Shown: piece after piece, positions 22,701-35,249 of the stretch | How the letters are laid out: every line of letters starts with the position of its first letter | Position numbering within the stretch: position 1 is the stretch's first letter | Origin: Felis catus | Lineage: Eukaryota | Reading direction: 5' to 3' | Length of the DNA: 64,000 bases | Assembly (NCBI RefSeq): GCF_018350175.1 | Contig: NC_058382.1 | Location: 42,532,001-42,596,000 of the forward strand | Made by a program: the position numbers and the translations under genes | Notes under the pieces: model-generated | What the model saw: the letters and a program-made list of their open reading frames with translations, nothing else | Told to the model about the DNA's origin: nothing | Database searches by the model: none

Positions 22701-25700
22701 TAAGGTCCATACTTTGGAAATTGGTAGACGTGTTTCTTATAATAGTGTTGAGACATGATTCACATAGCATACCATTCACCCATTTAAGTGTACAATTCAA
22801 TGGTTTTTAGTATATTCACAGAGTTCACCACATCAATTCCTCCTTTCCTCCAACTTGAGCCCTAGGCAACCATCAGTCTGCTTTATGTTTCTATGGATAT
22901 GCCAATTCTTGGCATTTTGTATAACAAAGCATCCAATATGTGATCCTTTGTGATTGACTTTTTTCACCGAGCATGAGGTTTTCAAGGTTCATCTATGCTG
23001 TAGCATGCTCAGTACTTTTTTCTTTGTAGTGCTGAATGATATTCCAACATGTAGATATGATACATTTTATTGATCCATTTAACAGNNNNNNNNNNNNNNN
23101 NNNNNNNNNNNNNNNNNNNNNNNNNNNNNNNNNNNNNNNNNNNNNNNNNNNNNNNNNNNNNNNNNNNNNNNNNNNNNNNNNNNNNNNNNNNNNNNNNNNN
23201 NNNNNNNNNNNNNNNNNNNNNNNNNNNNNNNNNNNNNNNNNNNNNNNNNNNNNACTGCCAGATATTCTTCCAAAGCATATACACCACTTTATCTCCTCAC
23301 CAGCAATATGTGAAGGTTCCAGTTTTTCTACATCCTTACTAACATTTGTTATTATTGGTCTTTAAAAAAAAAAAGTTTTATTTCTTTAAGTAATCTCTAC
23401 ACCCCACGTGGGGCTTGAACTCATGACCCCAAGATAAAGCGTCATATGCTCCTCTGACTGAGACAGCCAGGAGCCCCATTATCCACCTTTTTTTATGTGA
23501 ATCTCTTTTAATCTTCAGCATCTTCCTCTGCTTCTCTTTTATTTTCTTTATAATTTAGTTGTTACATTGAAGAAACCAATTTAGTTGTTCTGGAGAGGAT
23601 CCCAGAGTTTGGCCTTCGTTGATTATATCCATATGGTGTCTTTTAACTATTTCTCTGTCCCCAGTATGCTTGTCAACTTGTATTCATGCATTTATATTCT
23701 CAAGGCTTGACCAGATTTCAATTTTACGTTCTGCTTTGTCACGTTTTGGGGCAAGACTACTTCACATAGCGCTATGGACTCTTCCAATAGAAAACACACA
23801 TTGTCTGATTGTCTTGCTTTTTGTGACAAAGTAAGTTGTTGACGTCACAGTGAGATTTCAATGAGCGTTTCTCTTAGCACGAGTGAGGTGAACACTTCTT
23901 CGTGTGTGTATGAGCCATTTATTTGTATTCCTTACTCTGTCTGAACATATTGTCTCATCATTTCCTATTCTTTCACCAAGTACATGCAGCTAGCATATTT
24001 CTTACTCATTTGTAGAAATTCTTTGTTAAGTATATCAGCTTGGGGACACCTGGGTGGCTCAGTCAGCTGAATGTCCGACTGCGGCTCAAATCATGATCTG
24101 ACAGTTCGTGAGTTCAAGCCCCACACTGGGCTCTCTGCTGTCAGCGTAGAGCCTGCTTTGGATCCTATGTCCCACCCACCACCACCACCACCCCCCGCCC
24201 CTTCCTCGCTCACACGTTCTCTCTGAAAAATGAATAAACATTTATTAAAAAAAAAAAAAAGAATATCAGCTTGGCCCCTTGTGTTAGGTGACTTTCAGTC
24301 ACTTCCTCCCATCCCTGATCCCCACAGTAGGAGAGGTTGTACTCCCCTCATAACATCATCACTTTGTTTGAAGGATGCTTGCTTTTTTTTTTTTAACTTT
24401 TTATTTATTTATTTTAGAGAGAGAGAGAGAACGAGCAGGGGAAGGACAGAGAGAGAGGGGGACAGAGGATCTGAAGCGTGCTCTGTGCTGACAGCAGAGA
24501 GTCCAATCTGGGGCTTGATCTAACAAACCGAGAGATCATGACCTAAGCCGAAGTTGGACGCTTAACCGACCGAGCCACCCAGGTGCCCCTGTTCTAAGGA
24601 TGCTTTCTCTATGTCATTTCTTGCCACCTAGAGCATGAGATCCTTAAGCACAGGAGCCTTGGGTGTCCAACTGCCACAGTTCTACTGCCTCACTGTCAGC
24701 AGAAAGGACACTCTCATCCCTTCAAGCTTATGTGACCATATGTTTGAAGCTCCTGGAGGTCAACCAGGTGCTAAGTCCCAAGGAGCCTCACTGAGTGTGG
24801 TAGAAAAGGCCAGGGCCAGACCCAGCAAGGACAGTGGGGGGGGGGGGGAGAGAGTAGACACACAAAGGTTAAAGGCAGGACATTTGTAAAGCAAGTGTTT
24901 ATAAGTCAGAGTCCCTTGAGCTGAAGACCAGAAGGAGAGGGCAACATTAGTAGCCTGGGAGGGCAACTAATTGGTAGACTCAACCCTGATGTCCACTTCT
25001 CTGCTCACAGGCCAGGACTCTGCCAGCCCCATCCGGACCACACACACGGGGCAGGTGCGGGGGAGCCTCATCCACGTGAAAGGCACTGATGTGGGGGTCC
25101 ACACCTTCCTGGGAATTCCCTTTGCTAAACCGCCTCTAGGACCACTGCGATTTGCACCCCCTGAGCCCCCTGAATCTTGGAGTGGTGTAAAAGACGGGAC
25201 CTCCCACCCAGCTATGTAAGCAGGGAGTCCAAGGAACTCCAGTCCCTGGGGTGGAGGGTACTCTGGGCCAGGTTACAGTTGTCATTTCATCTAAGCCTCC
25301 ACAGCCAGTCTCCCCTCTGAGTTTGATGGGTCCTCACATGCATTTTTTCCACGAGCATGCAGAGGCTTGGAATGGCAAAGTAACTTTCCCAGGCTCGGGG
25401 CTTGGCACTTAAGGGGCATTAGCTCCAAGTGCTGAAGGGATGAGCAGAGATACAGATGTGCCTAGGTTCTAGTTATGTCAAGTGTTCTCTGCCACCAGGG
25501 AAGGTGTCTCTGGGAGAGGTTGAGTTGGCTCCATGAACCCTATGGGAGCCCCTGACTCCAGCAGCAGATACTGTAGATCCCTGAGGAGTAGAGGACCCCC
25601 ACTGTGTGCAGTTACCGTGCCAGTGGCAGGGCCAACTGCCGTTGGCCAAAGGGCTTGCGTATGTTCTTGCTACTGGAAACCATGTTGGAGTGATGAGGTT

Positions 25701-28700
25701 CCCTGACAGTCTGACTTGAGATGAGGGATGCCCCACTGCTCTTCTCGTGAGAAACTAATATCCACTCATGCAGGCAGCACATGTGTGTGGGCTACTCCCC
25801 TGCTCCCAGCCTGAGTACAGGAAGACAGTGGTGCCTACCAACACATGCAACCCATGGGTCTCAGAGAGACCCCCAAAAGTCAAGATTTCCCAGCCTCAGG
25901 AGGATTGGTATCCAAGGCCCTTACAACCTTGAGGCCTCCCTGGAAGACTGGGCTCAAACACAGCTTCCCCAGAGCCTGTGGCCTGTAACTTGGTGCAGAA
26001 GGGATTTAGGGAAGGACCATGTGTGAGCAAGTTCTCAGGGGAGGTGGGACTGAGGGAGGCTGGGAGAAAATGTGGGCCCAGGATCTCATTTTGACCGTGG
26101 TACGGCCCCACTAGGTGTCTGCAGAACATCACTACCACAAATGAGATGTTTCTGAAGCTGCTGAATGCGACCTTGCCTTTCACCTCCATGTCCGAAGACT
26201 GCCTGTACCTCAGCATTTACACACCGGCCCACGCCAGGGAAGGCTCCAATCTGCCCGTGAGTGCCAGGCCCTAGCTGGCTGGGGTATGGGAGGACATTTC
26301 TTCTGCAAGAAGATCAGAAAGAACAAGGTCAGACTGGGCACTGCTGCAGCGTGGACCCTGTTGAGAAGCCTCCCACTAGTGGGTCCAAGGGAGTGCTTCT
26401 TACTCAGCATTAATGGCTGACCCTTGGGCATGGGGTCATAGAACCCTGACTGCTCCCGGAGGTCACAAGCTGTGGCCCTGGGCTGGACCCAAGGCTCACC
26501 CAACCAACTCATGCCCAGGAGACCCACTCGGGTGCTGTATCTGTTGGGCTTATGAGAATGGAGAAACTTTTGTTTGTTTACTTACCTACTTTTGAGAGAA
26601 AGAGAGAGAGAGAGGGGAGCAGAGAGAGAGAGGCAAAGAGAAAATCCCAAGCAGGCTCTGTGCTGTCATTGCAGAGCCTGATGCGTGGCTTGAACCCACG
26701 AACTGCAAGATCATGACCTGAGCCAAAGTCAAAAGTCAACACTTAACTGACTGAGCCACGCAGGAACCCTGAGAGTGGAGAAACTTTTAATTAATGTCCA
26801 TGTGGGATGATGCCCCTTTTCTTTCCACATCAGAGAGAGTTCTGGGAGAAATGGAGCCAGGAGGAGAGGGCCCCAAAATATCAGAAGCCAAATTTTTCTG
26901 ATAGAAATTGGGTCACCCTCAGCCCAGGTCATGAAGACGCCACCCTGCCCTGCCTGCGTTCTATCTATGTGGTTAGGCAGACAGAGCCAAAGTGGTGGTT
27001 AGTCTAGGTAGCAGCCCCAGCGGCTGGATGGGAGCCACATGGTGTCTGTGCTTTAATTTCCCCAGGTGTTGGTGTGGATCCACGGTGGTGGGTTTACGGT
27101 CGGCATGGCTTCCATGTATGATGGCTCTGCACTGGCGGCCTTTGAGGACCTGGTGGTGGTCATTATTCAGTACCGCCTGGGTGTACTGGGCTTCTTCAGG
27201 TGAGCCTGGGGTTGGGCAGGGCAATGCCGGCTGAGTGAAGCCAGGACAGCCCCATAATCCCTGTCCCTGCCACTCTCAGCACTGGAGACAAGCATGCAAC
27301 CGGCAACTGGGGCTACCTGGATCAAGTGGCTGCACTACGCTGGGTCCAGCAAAATATTGCCTATTTTGGAGGAGACCCTGGCCGTGTCACCATTTCTGGC
27401 GAGTCTGCAGGTGGCACAAGTGTGTCCTCACATGTCGTGTCCCCCATGTCCAAAGGACTCTTCCATGGTGCCATCATGGAGAGTGGTGTGGCTCTATTGC
27501 CCAGCCTCATTGATAGCTCATCTGATGTGGTCTCCACGGTGAGTACCCCCAACTGTGGGAAGCTGCCTCATCTTTTACCTCTCAGCCTCCATTACTCTGT
27601 TAAATGAGGACAACGAGGACTACCCTGCCATCAGAGCACCTGGGAAACCGCCACCTCTCCGGAGATGGCGGAGGGGCTCAAGGATCAGAATCCACAGAAC
27701 TCTGCCATTGCAGAGGCTGAGCATGTTCTATGGCCCGCAAAACTGCTGCCCTAGTACCTGTGAGATTTGTGGTGCACCTGCCCCCAGCTGGGACCTTAGA
27801 CAAATCATTCACCCTTGCCTGGAAGGATGAGCCAGCCCCTGCCTGGTCTCTTTACAGATGGTGGCAAACATGTCTGCCTGTGGCCAGATTGACTCAGAGG
27901 CACTGGTGGACTGCCTGAGGGGCAAGAGTGAAGAGGAGATTCTGGCCATTAATAAGGTCAGGCTGAGTGGATGCATGTATGGAGGAAAAGGACTGACAGG
28001 TGTGGGGAACACATCCCTTTCATTCTCTGGGCAAGTTATTCCACCTCCACACATTGGTGTCCTCACAGTCTTGAGCGGGAAGTTGAGGCCAGGCCATGCT
28101 AAGCCAGCTGTAGGACCTCCTGAGGGAGAGAGTATGGGTGTCCTGGATGAGCTGGGAAGGAGTGACTGGGATCCAGAAGCCATCAGAAAAAGGGACTTGA
28201 CTTTGTGGGCCCTCTCAGCCCTTCAGGATCGTCCCTGGCGTGGTGGATGGGACCTTCCTGCCCAGGCACCCCCACGAGCTGCTGGCCTCTGCCGACTTTC
28301 AACCTGTCCCCAGCATCATTGGTGTCAACAACGATGAGTACGGTTGGCTCATCCCCTCGGTGAGGCTCAGCCCCAAGCTCCCAGGTGCCAGGAGTCCTTT
28401 GGGGAGCAGGGCTCTGGGCTTCATAGCTCTATCTAGGCCCATCCTACCCTCAACTTGAGATTCCCCCACTACCCAGGGCTTGGACACCTCTGACACCCAG
28501 AAGGACAGAGAGACTGTGAAGGCTGTTCTGCGGAATATGTTGGCAATGTTGGTGAGGCTTCTGGGGTCCTGCCCCAATGAAGAGGGCCTTTACTCCAGTC
28601 CGGAGGCAGGGAAGACCTATCCCCAAGATATCGTGTCCATGCATTGTCTCCCATGAGCAAAGGCTGGGTCACCCTGGAGCTAGGCCCCTTCCTTGCATTC

Positions 28701-30705
28701 CCTAGACCATTCCAGGATCCGTCTGCCCAGCCCGGACCCTGCTGCCTCCCTGCTGCCACCAGCCCACCTAACCTGACTATTTCTGATCCACCTGGGGTAG
28801 GTGTTGCCTCCTCAGTCTGTTGACATATTGATGGAGGAGTACTTAGGGGACAGTGCAGACCCACAGACCCTCCAGGTCCAGTTCCATGAGATGATGGGGG
28901 ACTATATCTTCGTGATCCCTGCACTCCAAGTAGCCAGTTTTCAACGTGAGTACATCTGTAACTAAAGCCAGACCAATAAGGGGGCAGCTCAGAGCTGTAG
29001 GTCCCTGGCAAGGTCTATTGGTGTCCAGGTCCCAACTCATGTCTATTTATTGGGCCCATAGGTGCCAGGCACGTGATGTCCCTTGTTTCAGTAAATCCTC
29101 ATGGCTAACCTAAGAGACATTCCTCATTTTACAGATGAGGAAACTGAGGTTCAGTGACCTTCAGTGACGTACCTAAAACCACACACAATCTGAATCCAGG
29201 TCACGATTTGAACTCAGGTCCTTCCCACTGCTCTTGCTCCAGCCAGTGGCTCCCTCACCCCATTGTTCAGATTCCAACCAGCATTGGACCTAGCTCTCTC
29301 ATCACCATGGGTAATGCAGGACGGCCCCAGGGAAGGGACAGCCATATCACGGCCTGTCCACTTCACCCTCTAGGTGTGCATGCCCCCGTCTACTTCTATG
29401 AGTTCCAACATCGGCCCAGCTTCTTCAAGGACACCAAGCCGCCCCACGTGAGGGCAGACCATGGTGATGAGATGTTCTTTGTCTTCGGAACTGCCTTCTG
29501 GAAAGGCTATGGTAAGTGTTCCTGGGTGGGGTCCCTCAGAGACCCCTCATTCTCAGAATGCAGGACAGGGCCTTGGCTGGGTCCCTGAGTGAGGGTGATA
29601 GCCCTGACTGTAGAGATGAGAGAGGGGAAAGAATCAGGTGCCTACATCTTACAGCTAGAAAGGCTGAGCTAGAATTGGAGTCCAAGACTCTCCAGGCTGG
29701 GGCCTTCTCTCCCTCCACCTCTCCCCACTTCAACCATGGATGCCTGGCATGGGTGCAGAGGAGGGTGTTTGAAAGGCATATTTGTTTCTTAAATGATTTT
29801 GCAATGTCAGAAGGAAGAAGGGAGCCTTCTAGAACAGAGATGAGCCTAGTTTGGGCGGGGAGAGGGCCTGGCTCCCAAGGGCTGCGGGGAGAGTGGGCAG
29901 AGAGCCAGGCCTGGGAGGGCAGGGGAGCAGCCAGGGAAAAGTTGCACACGGGCTGGCGAGTGAGGTGGGGGCTGACCCATGTGCTGGGCCGGGGTTGGCG
30001 CTCGCTCACCTGGACCCTTGTCCTCTTGCTCCCTATAGTTGAAGTCACTGAGGAGGAAGAGCTGTTGAGCAGGAAGATAATGAAGTACTGGGCTAACTTT
30101 GCTCGAAATGGGTGAGATGGCACGCCCCACCTCAACCTCCAGGGGCTGCAGCGGCTTGAACCATTCAAGGTCCCCCTTTTCTGTTGTGTCTTATTAGCTT
30201 ACATGTTTCCTTAATTGCATGGTGGTTCCTTCCCTAGCTTCAGGAGCCTGGGAGGGGCCTTTTGGGTGCTGAGCGCTCAGTCCATCTCCAGGAGCCTCCC
30301 TCTGACAGGAAGGGAAAAAACAGCCCAGGTTGCCCAGGTGGAGCTGACGCTCTAGTGGGAGGAAGTTTCTTTCCTAAGTCTAGAAACATCCCCCTGTCAT
30401 TCCCCAAGCCCACCCAGCTTGTTTGGTACCTTGCCTGACTCCAGTTGGGGTGCCAGGTCTGGGCTCAGCAGGGCTCAGAGTGACTCTCGCCTGCCCTGCT
30501 GGGAGGGCATGTCTACAGGAACCCCAACGGCAAGGGGCTGCCCCACTGGCCTGTGTTCGACCAGGAAGAGCAATACTTACAGCTGAACTTGCAGCCTGCG
30601 GTGGGCCGAGCCCTGAAGGCCCACAGGCTCCAGTTCTGGACAAAGACCCTACCCCAGAAGATACAGGAGCTAAAGGAGGCGGAGGAAAATCACACAGAGC
30701 TGTAA
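19770..30705 (+). CDS. CES2: Carboxylesterase 2, complete, 556 aa, ER-retained (HTEL)
   Basis: 12 exons: 19770-19842, 25011-25215, 26115-26256, 27066-27199, 27280-27538, 27858-27956, 28219-28359, 28477-28551, 28801-28945, 29374-29511, 30039-30111, 30519-30705, totalling 1671 nt in one open frame. Signal peptide, SEDCLY, HGGG, GESAG, NNDEYG, ADHGDE, C-terminal HTEL. Confidence 0.96.
21330..21810 (-). repeat. Right arm of inverted duplication: antisense copy of the CES2 promoter in intron 1
   Basis: For example gcaaaaaccagtgacaggcaggcact and ttgctttcaggactcagtttctgg are exact reverse complements of left-arm segments. Confidence 0.9.
22261..22597 (-). mobile_element. Two nested or adjacent Can-SINEs
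   Basis: Full SINE ~22285-22495 beside a short SINEC ~22500-22597; outer TSD aatatcatgatttc. Confidence 0.8.
22745..23360 (-). mobile_element. L1 (L1MB-like) 3' fragment spanning an assembly gap
   Basis: attcacccatttaagtgtacaattcaatggtttttagtatattcacagagtt... is a typical antisense L1M 3' end. Confidence 0.75.
23086..23253. other. Assembly gap
   Basis: N run. Confidence 1.
23376..23477 (-). mobile_element. Short Can-SINE
   Basis: taatctctacacccc..gtggggcttgaactc...ccaggagcccc. Confidence 0.8.
24042..24260 (+). mobile_element. Can-SINE
   Basis: Head ggggacacctgggtggc; A-tail; TSD atatcagctt. Confidence 0.9.
24383..24589 (-). mobile_element. Can-SINE
   Basis: TSD aaggatgctt; head ggggcacctggg on the minus strand. 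Confidence 0.9.
26571..26769 (-). mobile_element. Can-SINE
   Basis: TSD gaga(a/g)tggagaaactttt. Confidence 0.88.
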
Positions 30706-31269
30706 CTCCCTGTTACATCCCTGTCTAGGGTGAGAGGGTGGAGGGGTGCATTTGGGTGCAGGTGGGAGTCTACCGCATATGCTCATACACACCCACTGAG
30801 GAGCTAGTCGCTTCTGCCTTCCTTCACGCATAGCCATTCACGCATGCTTCCAGCCAGCCAGCTCGCAAACATTTATTAAGGGCCTACCGCATATCACTTG
30901 CCAAGCCCCCCATACATCCTCTCATGTTAGACATACTCAGTGAATGAAGCTCGGGATGGGCAAACCCCAATGGAAGTGCACACCCCACTGAGCCTGGGAC
31001 CCCACCCCCTCTTCCTCACCTCTACCCCATCCCCACCCTCCCTCCCCCCTCCCTTTGAAGGAGGGTGCTTTGGGAAATGGTAACCACACCTGGCTCTCAA
31101 CAAGCCCCACATGCTCTCCTAAGTAGAAAATCTGGATGCCAGGAGCCCAGGAGTTCCGAGATCTTGACCACCGAGGCCACCAGCTACTGTGAATGTAAAA
31201 GTCCCTGCCCCACCCATTGTCCCCTAGACTAAATGTCATCTATTACTGACATTTAAACACAACACTCAA

Positions 31270-31460
31270 GGGGCGCCTGGATGGCTCAGTTAAGCGTCTG
31301 ACTTCGGCTCAGGTCATGATCTCATGGTTCATGGGTCTGAGCCCCGTGTCAGGTGCTACGTTGACAGCTCGGAGTCTGGAGCCTGCTTTGGATTCTGTGC
31401 CTCCCTCTCTCTATGCCCCTTCCCCTCTCACTCTCTCTCTCCATCTTAAAAATAAATAAA
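31270..31460 (+). mobile_element. Can-SINE downstream of the CES2 stop
   Basis: Head ggggcgcctgg; tail aaaaataaataaac; TSD atttaaacaca. Confidence 0.9.
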
Positions 31461-32461
31461 CATTTAAACACAGCATTCACTCACTCACTTATCTGTGTTC
31501 CACAGAGGTGACCAACTCCATTTTTTGTAAGAAGAAGGCCTGAGCTTGTCCATGCGGCCCATGGAACCTGGGCCAGGTGTGCAGTGTCCAGGAGAACTGG
31601 GTGGGTCCCTCAGCCATCCACCTCCCGAAATTTGCCTTTATTTTCAGTGGTGCTGTGACACCCAAACTTTACAGGATTGTAGCACATCCATGAAGATGTT
31701 TATCTGTGAGATGTTTCCTGGAAGTAGGACTGAGGGGCCAGAAAGCCCAGGAGAAGAGACTCTTGTACCCAGACTTCCAAAGGCCTCTCTATCCAAGGAG
31801 GGGCTCCTCTTACCTTTTAGAATTCTCCTTGCCAACCCCCCCCACCCCCACTGAACATCCCCCAACTCACTCTGAGCATCCACATGATCAGTTTTCCTGC
31901 TTACCCCATTGCTTTCCCTAAACTTTTCTTTCCCTCACCTTACTCACCCCCCCGAAAGAAACCCTGTCTTATATGGTATTTGATCTCAGTGTGCAAAAAT
32001 ACCAAATTGTGTTCACTCTGCCTCTTTGTTCCACCAAAGCACTTTTTCTGTGTCACTAATAGGCTGTATCCCTCTTCTCATGGACCTAGGAGTCCTGCTA
32101 TGCCCCCACCTCTGACCAACTTGCCCTCTCCACACACTAGATTTTCCAGGAGGAAAGAAAGTCCTCCTTTCCCTCCACTACATTTAAGCCCAACCATAGA
32201 GCCTCGTGACATGGGGCCTGAAGGATGCAGAGAGGCCACCAGATGGCAGACGAGGATAATCTTAAGCCTGGCTGTCTTAGAGGGAATGGGCTTTCCTTGT
32301 GGTGAACTGCTGACTGGTGCATGAAGCTTCTCTTGCATTCTGAAAGCATTTATTGAGCACCCACAGCATGCATGCCTCTGTATGATTTTCAGCCCTGCAG
32401 ATGCATAATATACTTTCTAAAAGTGGGTTCCCAGTACTAGTTTTTTAATCATCTTATTTTT

Positions 32462-33020
32462 TTTAAACAGCTTTATTGTGGAATAATTTACATACAATAA
32501 AATTCACCCACTTCAGGAATATACAATCACTGTCACATCAAGTTTTAGAATGCTTCTATTGCTCCAAAGAGTTCCTTCATGCCCCTTTGCAGTCAGTCAA
32601 TCCCCATCCTGACCCTGGCCCACACAACCACCCAATTGCTTTCTATTGCCATAGTTTGCATTTTCTAGAATGTTCTAGAAATGGAATCACTTGTTACAGG
32701 TTTCTGTCACTTAGCATAATGTTTTTGAGATGCAACCAGTAGTTTCCTTTTCTTGCAAAGTGGTATTCCATGTATGGTATGCTATGTGGTATCCATTCAC
32801 CAGTTGGTGGACATTTCAGTGACATTCAATTTTTTAAATTTAATTTCTTTAAATTTTTAAAGAAAATGCTAAGCTGTCTTCTAAGATGACTATACCATTT
32901 TTGTACCCCACCAGCCATCTGTGAGAGTTCTAATTGCTCCATAGCCTTGGCAACACTTGGTCTTATCAGTCTTGTACATTTGATTAATTTCAGTAGGTGT
33001 GCAGTGGTATCTTACTGTGG
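32462..33020 (-). mobile_element. L1 (L1MB-like) 3' fragment
   Basis: cagctttattgtggaataatttacatacaataaaattcaccc... antisense L1M 3' end. Confidence 0.75.
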
Positions 33021-34400
33021 TTGGTTCCCTGTTTCATGTCTTTCTCTGTCTTTCTGTCCCTGTCTCTGTGTTTGTCTCTCTCCCTTCCATGCTCTAGCTC
33101 TCCTGAATGTGCCTATGGATCAAGGTTCAGGGACAGGAATGGCCCCCACCAGGGAGGTTGCCAAAGACAATCCAGGAAGGAGCACAGAGGGAAATTTGAT
33201 CCTAGGCCTCTCCAGCTCTGAATGCTAGCTGGAACCCCAGGACAGAATCTGGCATCTTCTCTCAACATGACCCTCACCCTGTTCCTCACTGAGCCAGCAC
33301 TTCTGTTTGAATTAGTAAATATTTGCCAGTGCCTCACACTCCCCACCATCCCAACCCCCACACGCTCCTGACACTAAGACCCAGAGGAGAGTCCTGCCCT
33401 TACTTAGAGTAGGGGCTGTCCCAGAGAGATGGACACCCTGACAGACCCCTGCCCTGAGGCAAGAACAGGCTTCCAGTGGCTCTGGTTCCGTGCCTTGTGT
33501 TTTCACACATGCAACCTCACTTCAACCCTGCGAGGTGGTTCCTATTATCATCACTCTTTTACGGATGACGACACTAGACCCAGAGCCAGTACTTGGCAGA
33601 GCCAGGATTTGAACGCAGGAGATCCGGCTCTGAAATCACATCTTCCAGGGATTTGGAGTAGGATAGGAGTTGTGAATAAGAATCTCTCCTGCTCCTCTTC
33701 CTCCATTCCTCCCTCTACCTGCAGACCTCAGCTCCTCCTGCCCAGGAACCCAAGCACCTTGAGGGCAGTGCTCTGCTTCTGCCCTGTCACGTGAGGAGCC
33801 TCAAGAGAGTGGGCCTACGTGAAAAAGCCACCCCCAAAATACACCCTGGGTATACTGGGTTCACTGAGTCAGGAGAACTGGTATTTGAACCCAGAACTGC
33901 AGAGCTCCACGGCCCAGGCTCTTTCCCTTCTTTGGGATTGTCACATCACCCACACTCCTGCAGGGCACTCTCTGAGCCCTCCTCCCCTAGCCGAGGCACT
34001 AAGCACTGCGTGTTAGGGCTGGCCACCAGCCAGATGCGGCTGTCCACCGAGGTTTTTGTAATACAGCCCTTTAGAGATTGGCTGTGCCAAAGGACGGAGA
34101 CTTTATTATAACTTGCACCACTTCTGCCTATAGTCAGTTGTGAGGAGCATGGGGACAGTGGTAAGAATCGGGCCCAGGGTCCTGGGCTGGGTGGCCTGTC
34201 TGCTCCTGGCATTCCCTGCTACAGCCACCGGTAAGACACACCAGCAGGGCCTGCAGAGCTGGGAGCTTCGGGGTTGTTGGGAAGACTAGAGTAGAAGGCA
34301 AGAGTGAGGTAGGGATGGGGAGGGTTGGGCAGCCTGCTCCAAGAAGGAGCCCTCAGTTCCAAGAAATGCCGGGGGGATGTGCATCCTCTCCAGGCAGGGG

Positions 34401-34403
<3 letters not shown>

Positions 34404-34441
<38 letters not shown>
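34404..34441. repeat. (TG)n microsatellite
   Basis: About 19 TG units. Confidence 0.95.
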
Positions 34442-34442
<1 letters not shown>

Positions 34443-34483
34443 TCTCCAGAGCAGCCCTGCCAGAGAACACGATTTTTCTTAGG

Positions 34484-34714
34484 TTTTTTTTTTTTTTTAA
34501 TTTTTTTTTCAACGTTTTTATTTATTTTTGGGACAGAGAGAGACAGAGCATGAACGGGGGAGGGGCAGAGAGAGAGGGAGACACAGAATCGGAAACAGGC
34601 TCCAGGCTCTGAGCCATCAGCCCAGAGCCTGATGTGGGGCTCGAACTCACAGACCGCAAGATCATGACCTGGCTGAAGTCGGACGCCCAACCGACTGCGC
34701 CACCCAGGCGCCCC
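34484..34714 (-). mobile_element. Young Can-SINE (SINEC_Fc)
   Basis: Near-consensus felid SINE; TSD cttaggtttt. Confidence 0.92.
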
Positions 34715-34746
34715 TGTCCTTAGGTTTTAAGGGCACCCAGGATTCG

Positions 34747-35249
34747 TGTAATCACTAAGATAGACACAGAAGTCATTGTAATGAAAAGAGGTTTACTCAC
34801 AGTTCCTAGAAACAAGAGGCATGCAGGGAAGCATGGGGTCTGCTCTGTCAGGAGGGAGAGGACACGAGAGGAAAACGTGGTCAAGAGGCTTTGTTGTTTC
34901 CCAGAGAAGGAACAGGCAAGGCAGGCGAAGGTGAAGCAGGTTTCAGATTAGTTAATTTGAAGATTTTCAGTGGGCTCTGGGGCATAGGGCTGTCTCTAGT
35001 TGTGTGGCACCTGGCCCTCGGGTGATTAGGGCAGGTGGCTAGTGGTGGAAGAATCTGAGAAGCCCACAGAGGAGGTGGCTGGGAGCATGGACTCTGGATT
35101 GGTTGGTTTGTCTCGGGAAGGCACACCTCTCAGTGAATTGTTTACTATTTCTAAGAATTGGCTAGCCCTGAGACCTACAGTCCCTCCAGCGTCTGCAAGG
35201 CTCCCCTATGTCAAAACATCAAAGAAAATGAACAGATGTGATTATTGCA
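34747..35249 (-). mobile_element. Old ERVL-type solo LTR (MER77-like, family tentative)
   Basis: TG...CA bounded ~500 bp resembling a recalled ERVL LTR consensus (gggctgtc.ctagttgt.tgg.acctggccct..ggtgattagggcaggtgg, ctctggattggttggtttg). Confidence 0.6.

Noticed and set aside
27392-27412. CES2 TISGESAG instead of the usual TIFGESAG as an inactivating change
   Set aside because: GxSxG and the rest of the catalytic triad are intact and the ORF is complete, so there is no basis to call loss of function.
31590-32090. Possible old LTR between CES2 and CES3
   Set aside because: No clear termini or TSD identified, and the family was not recognised.
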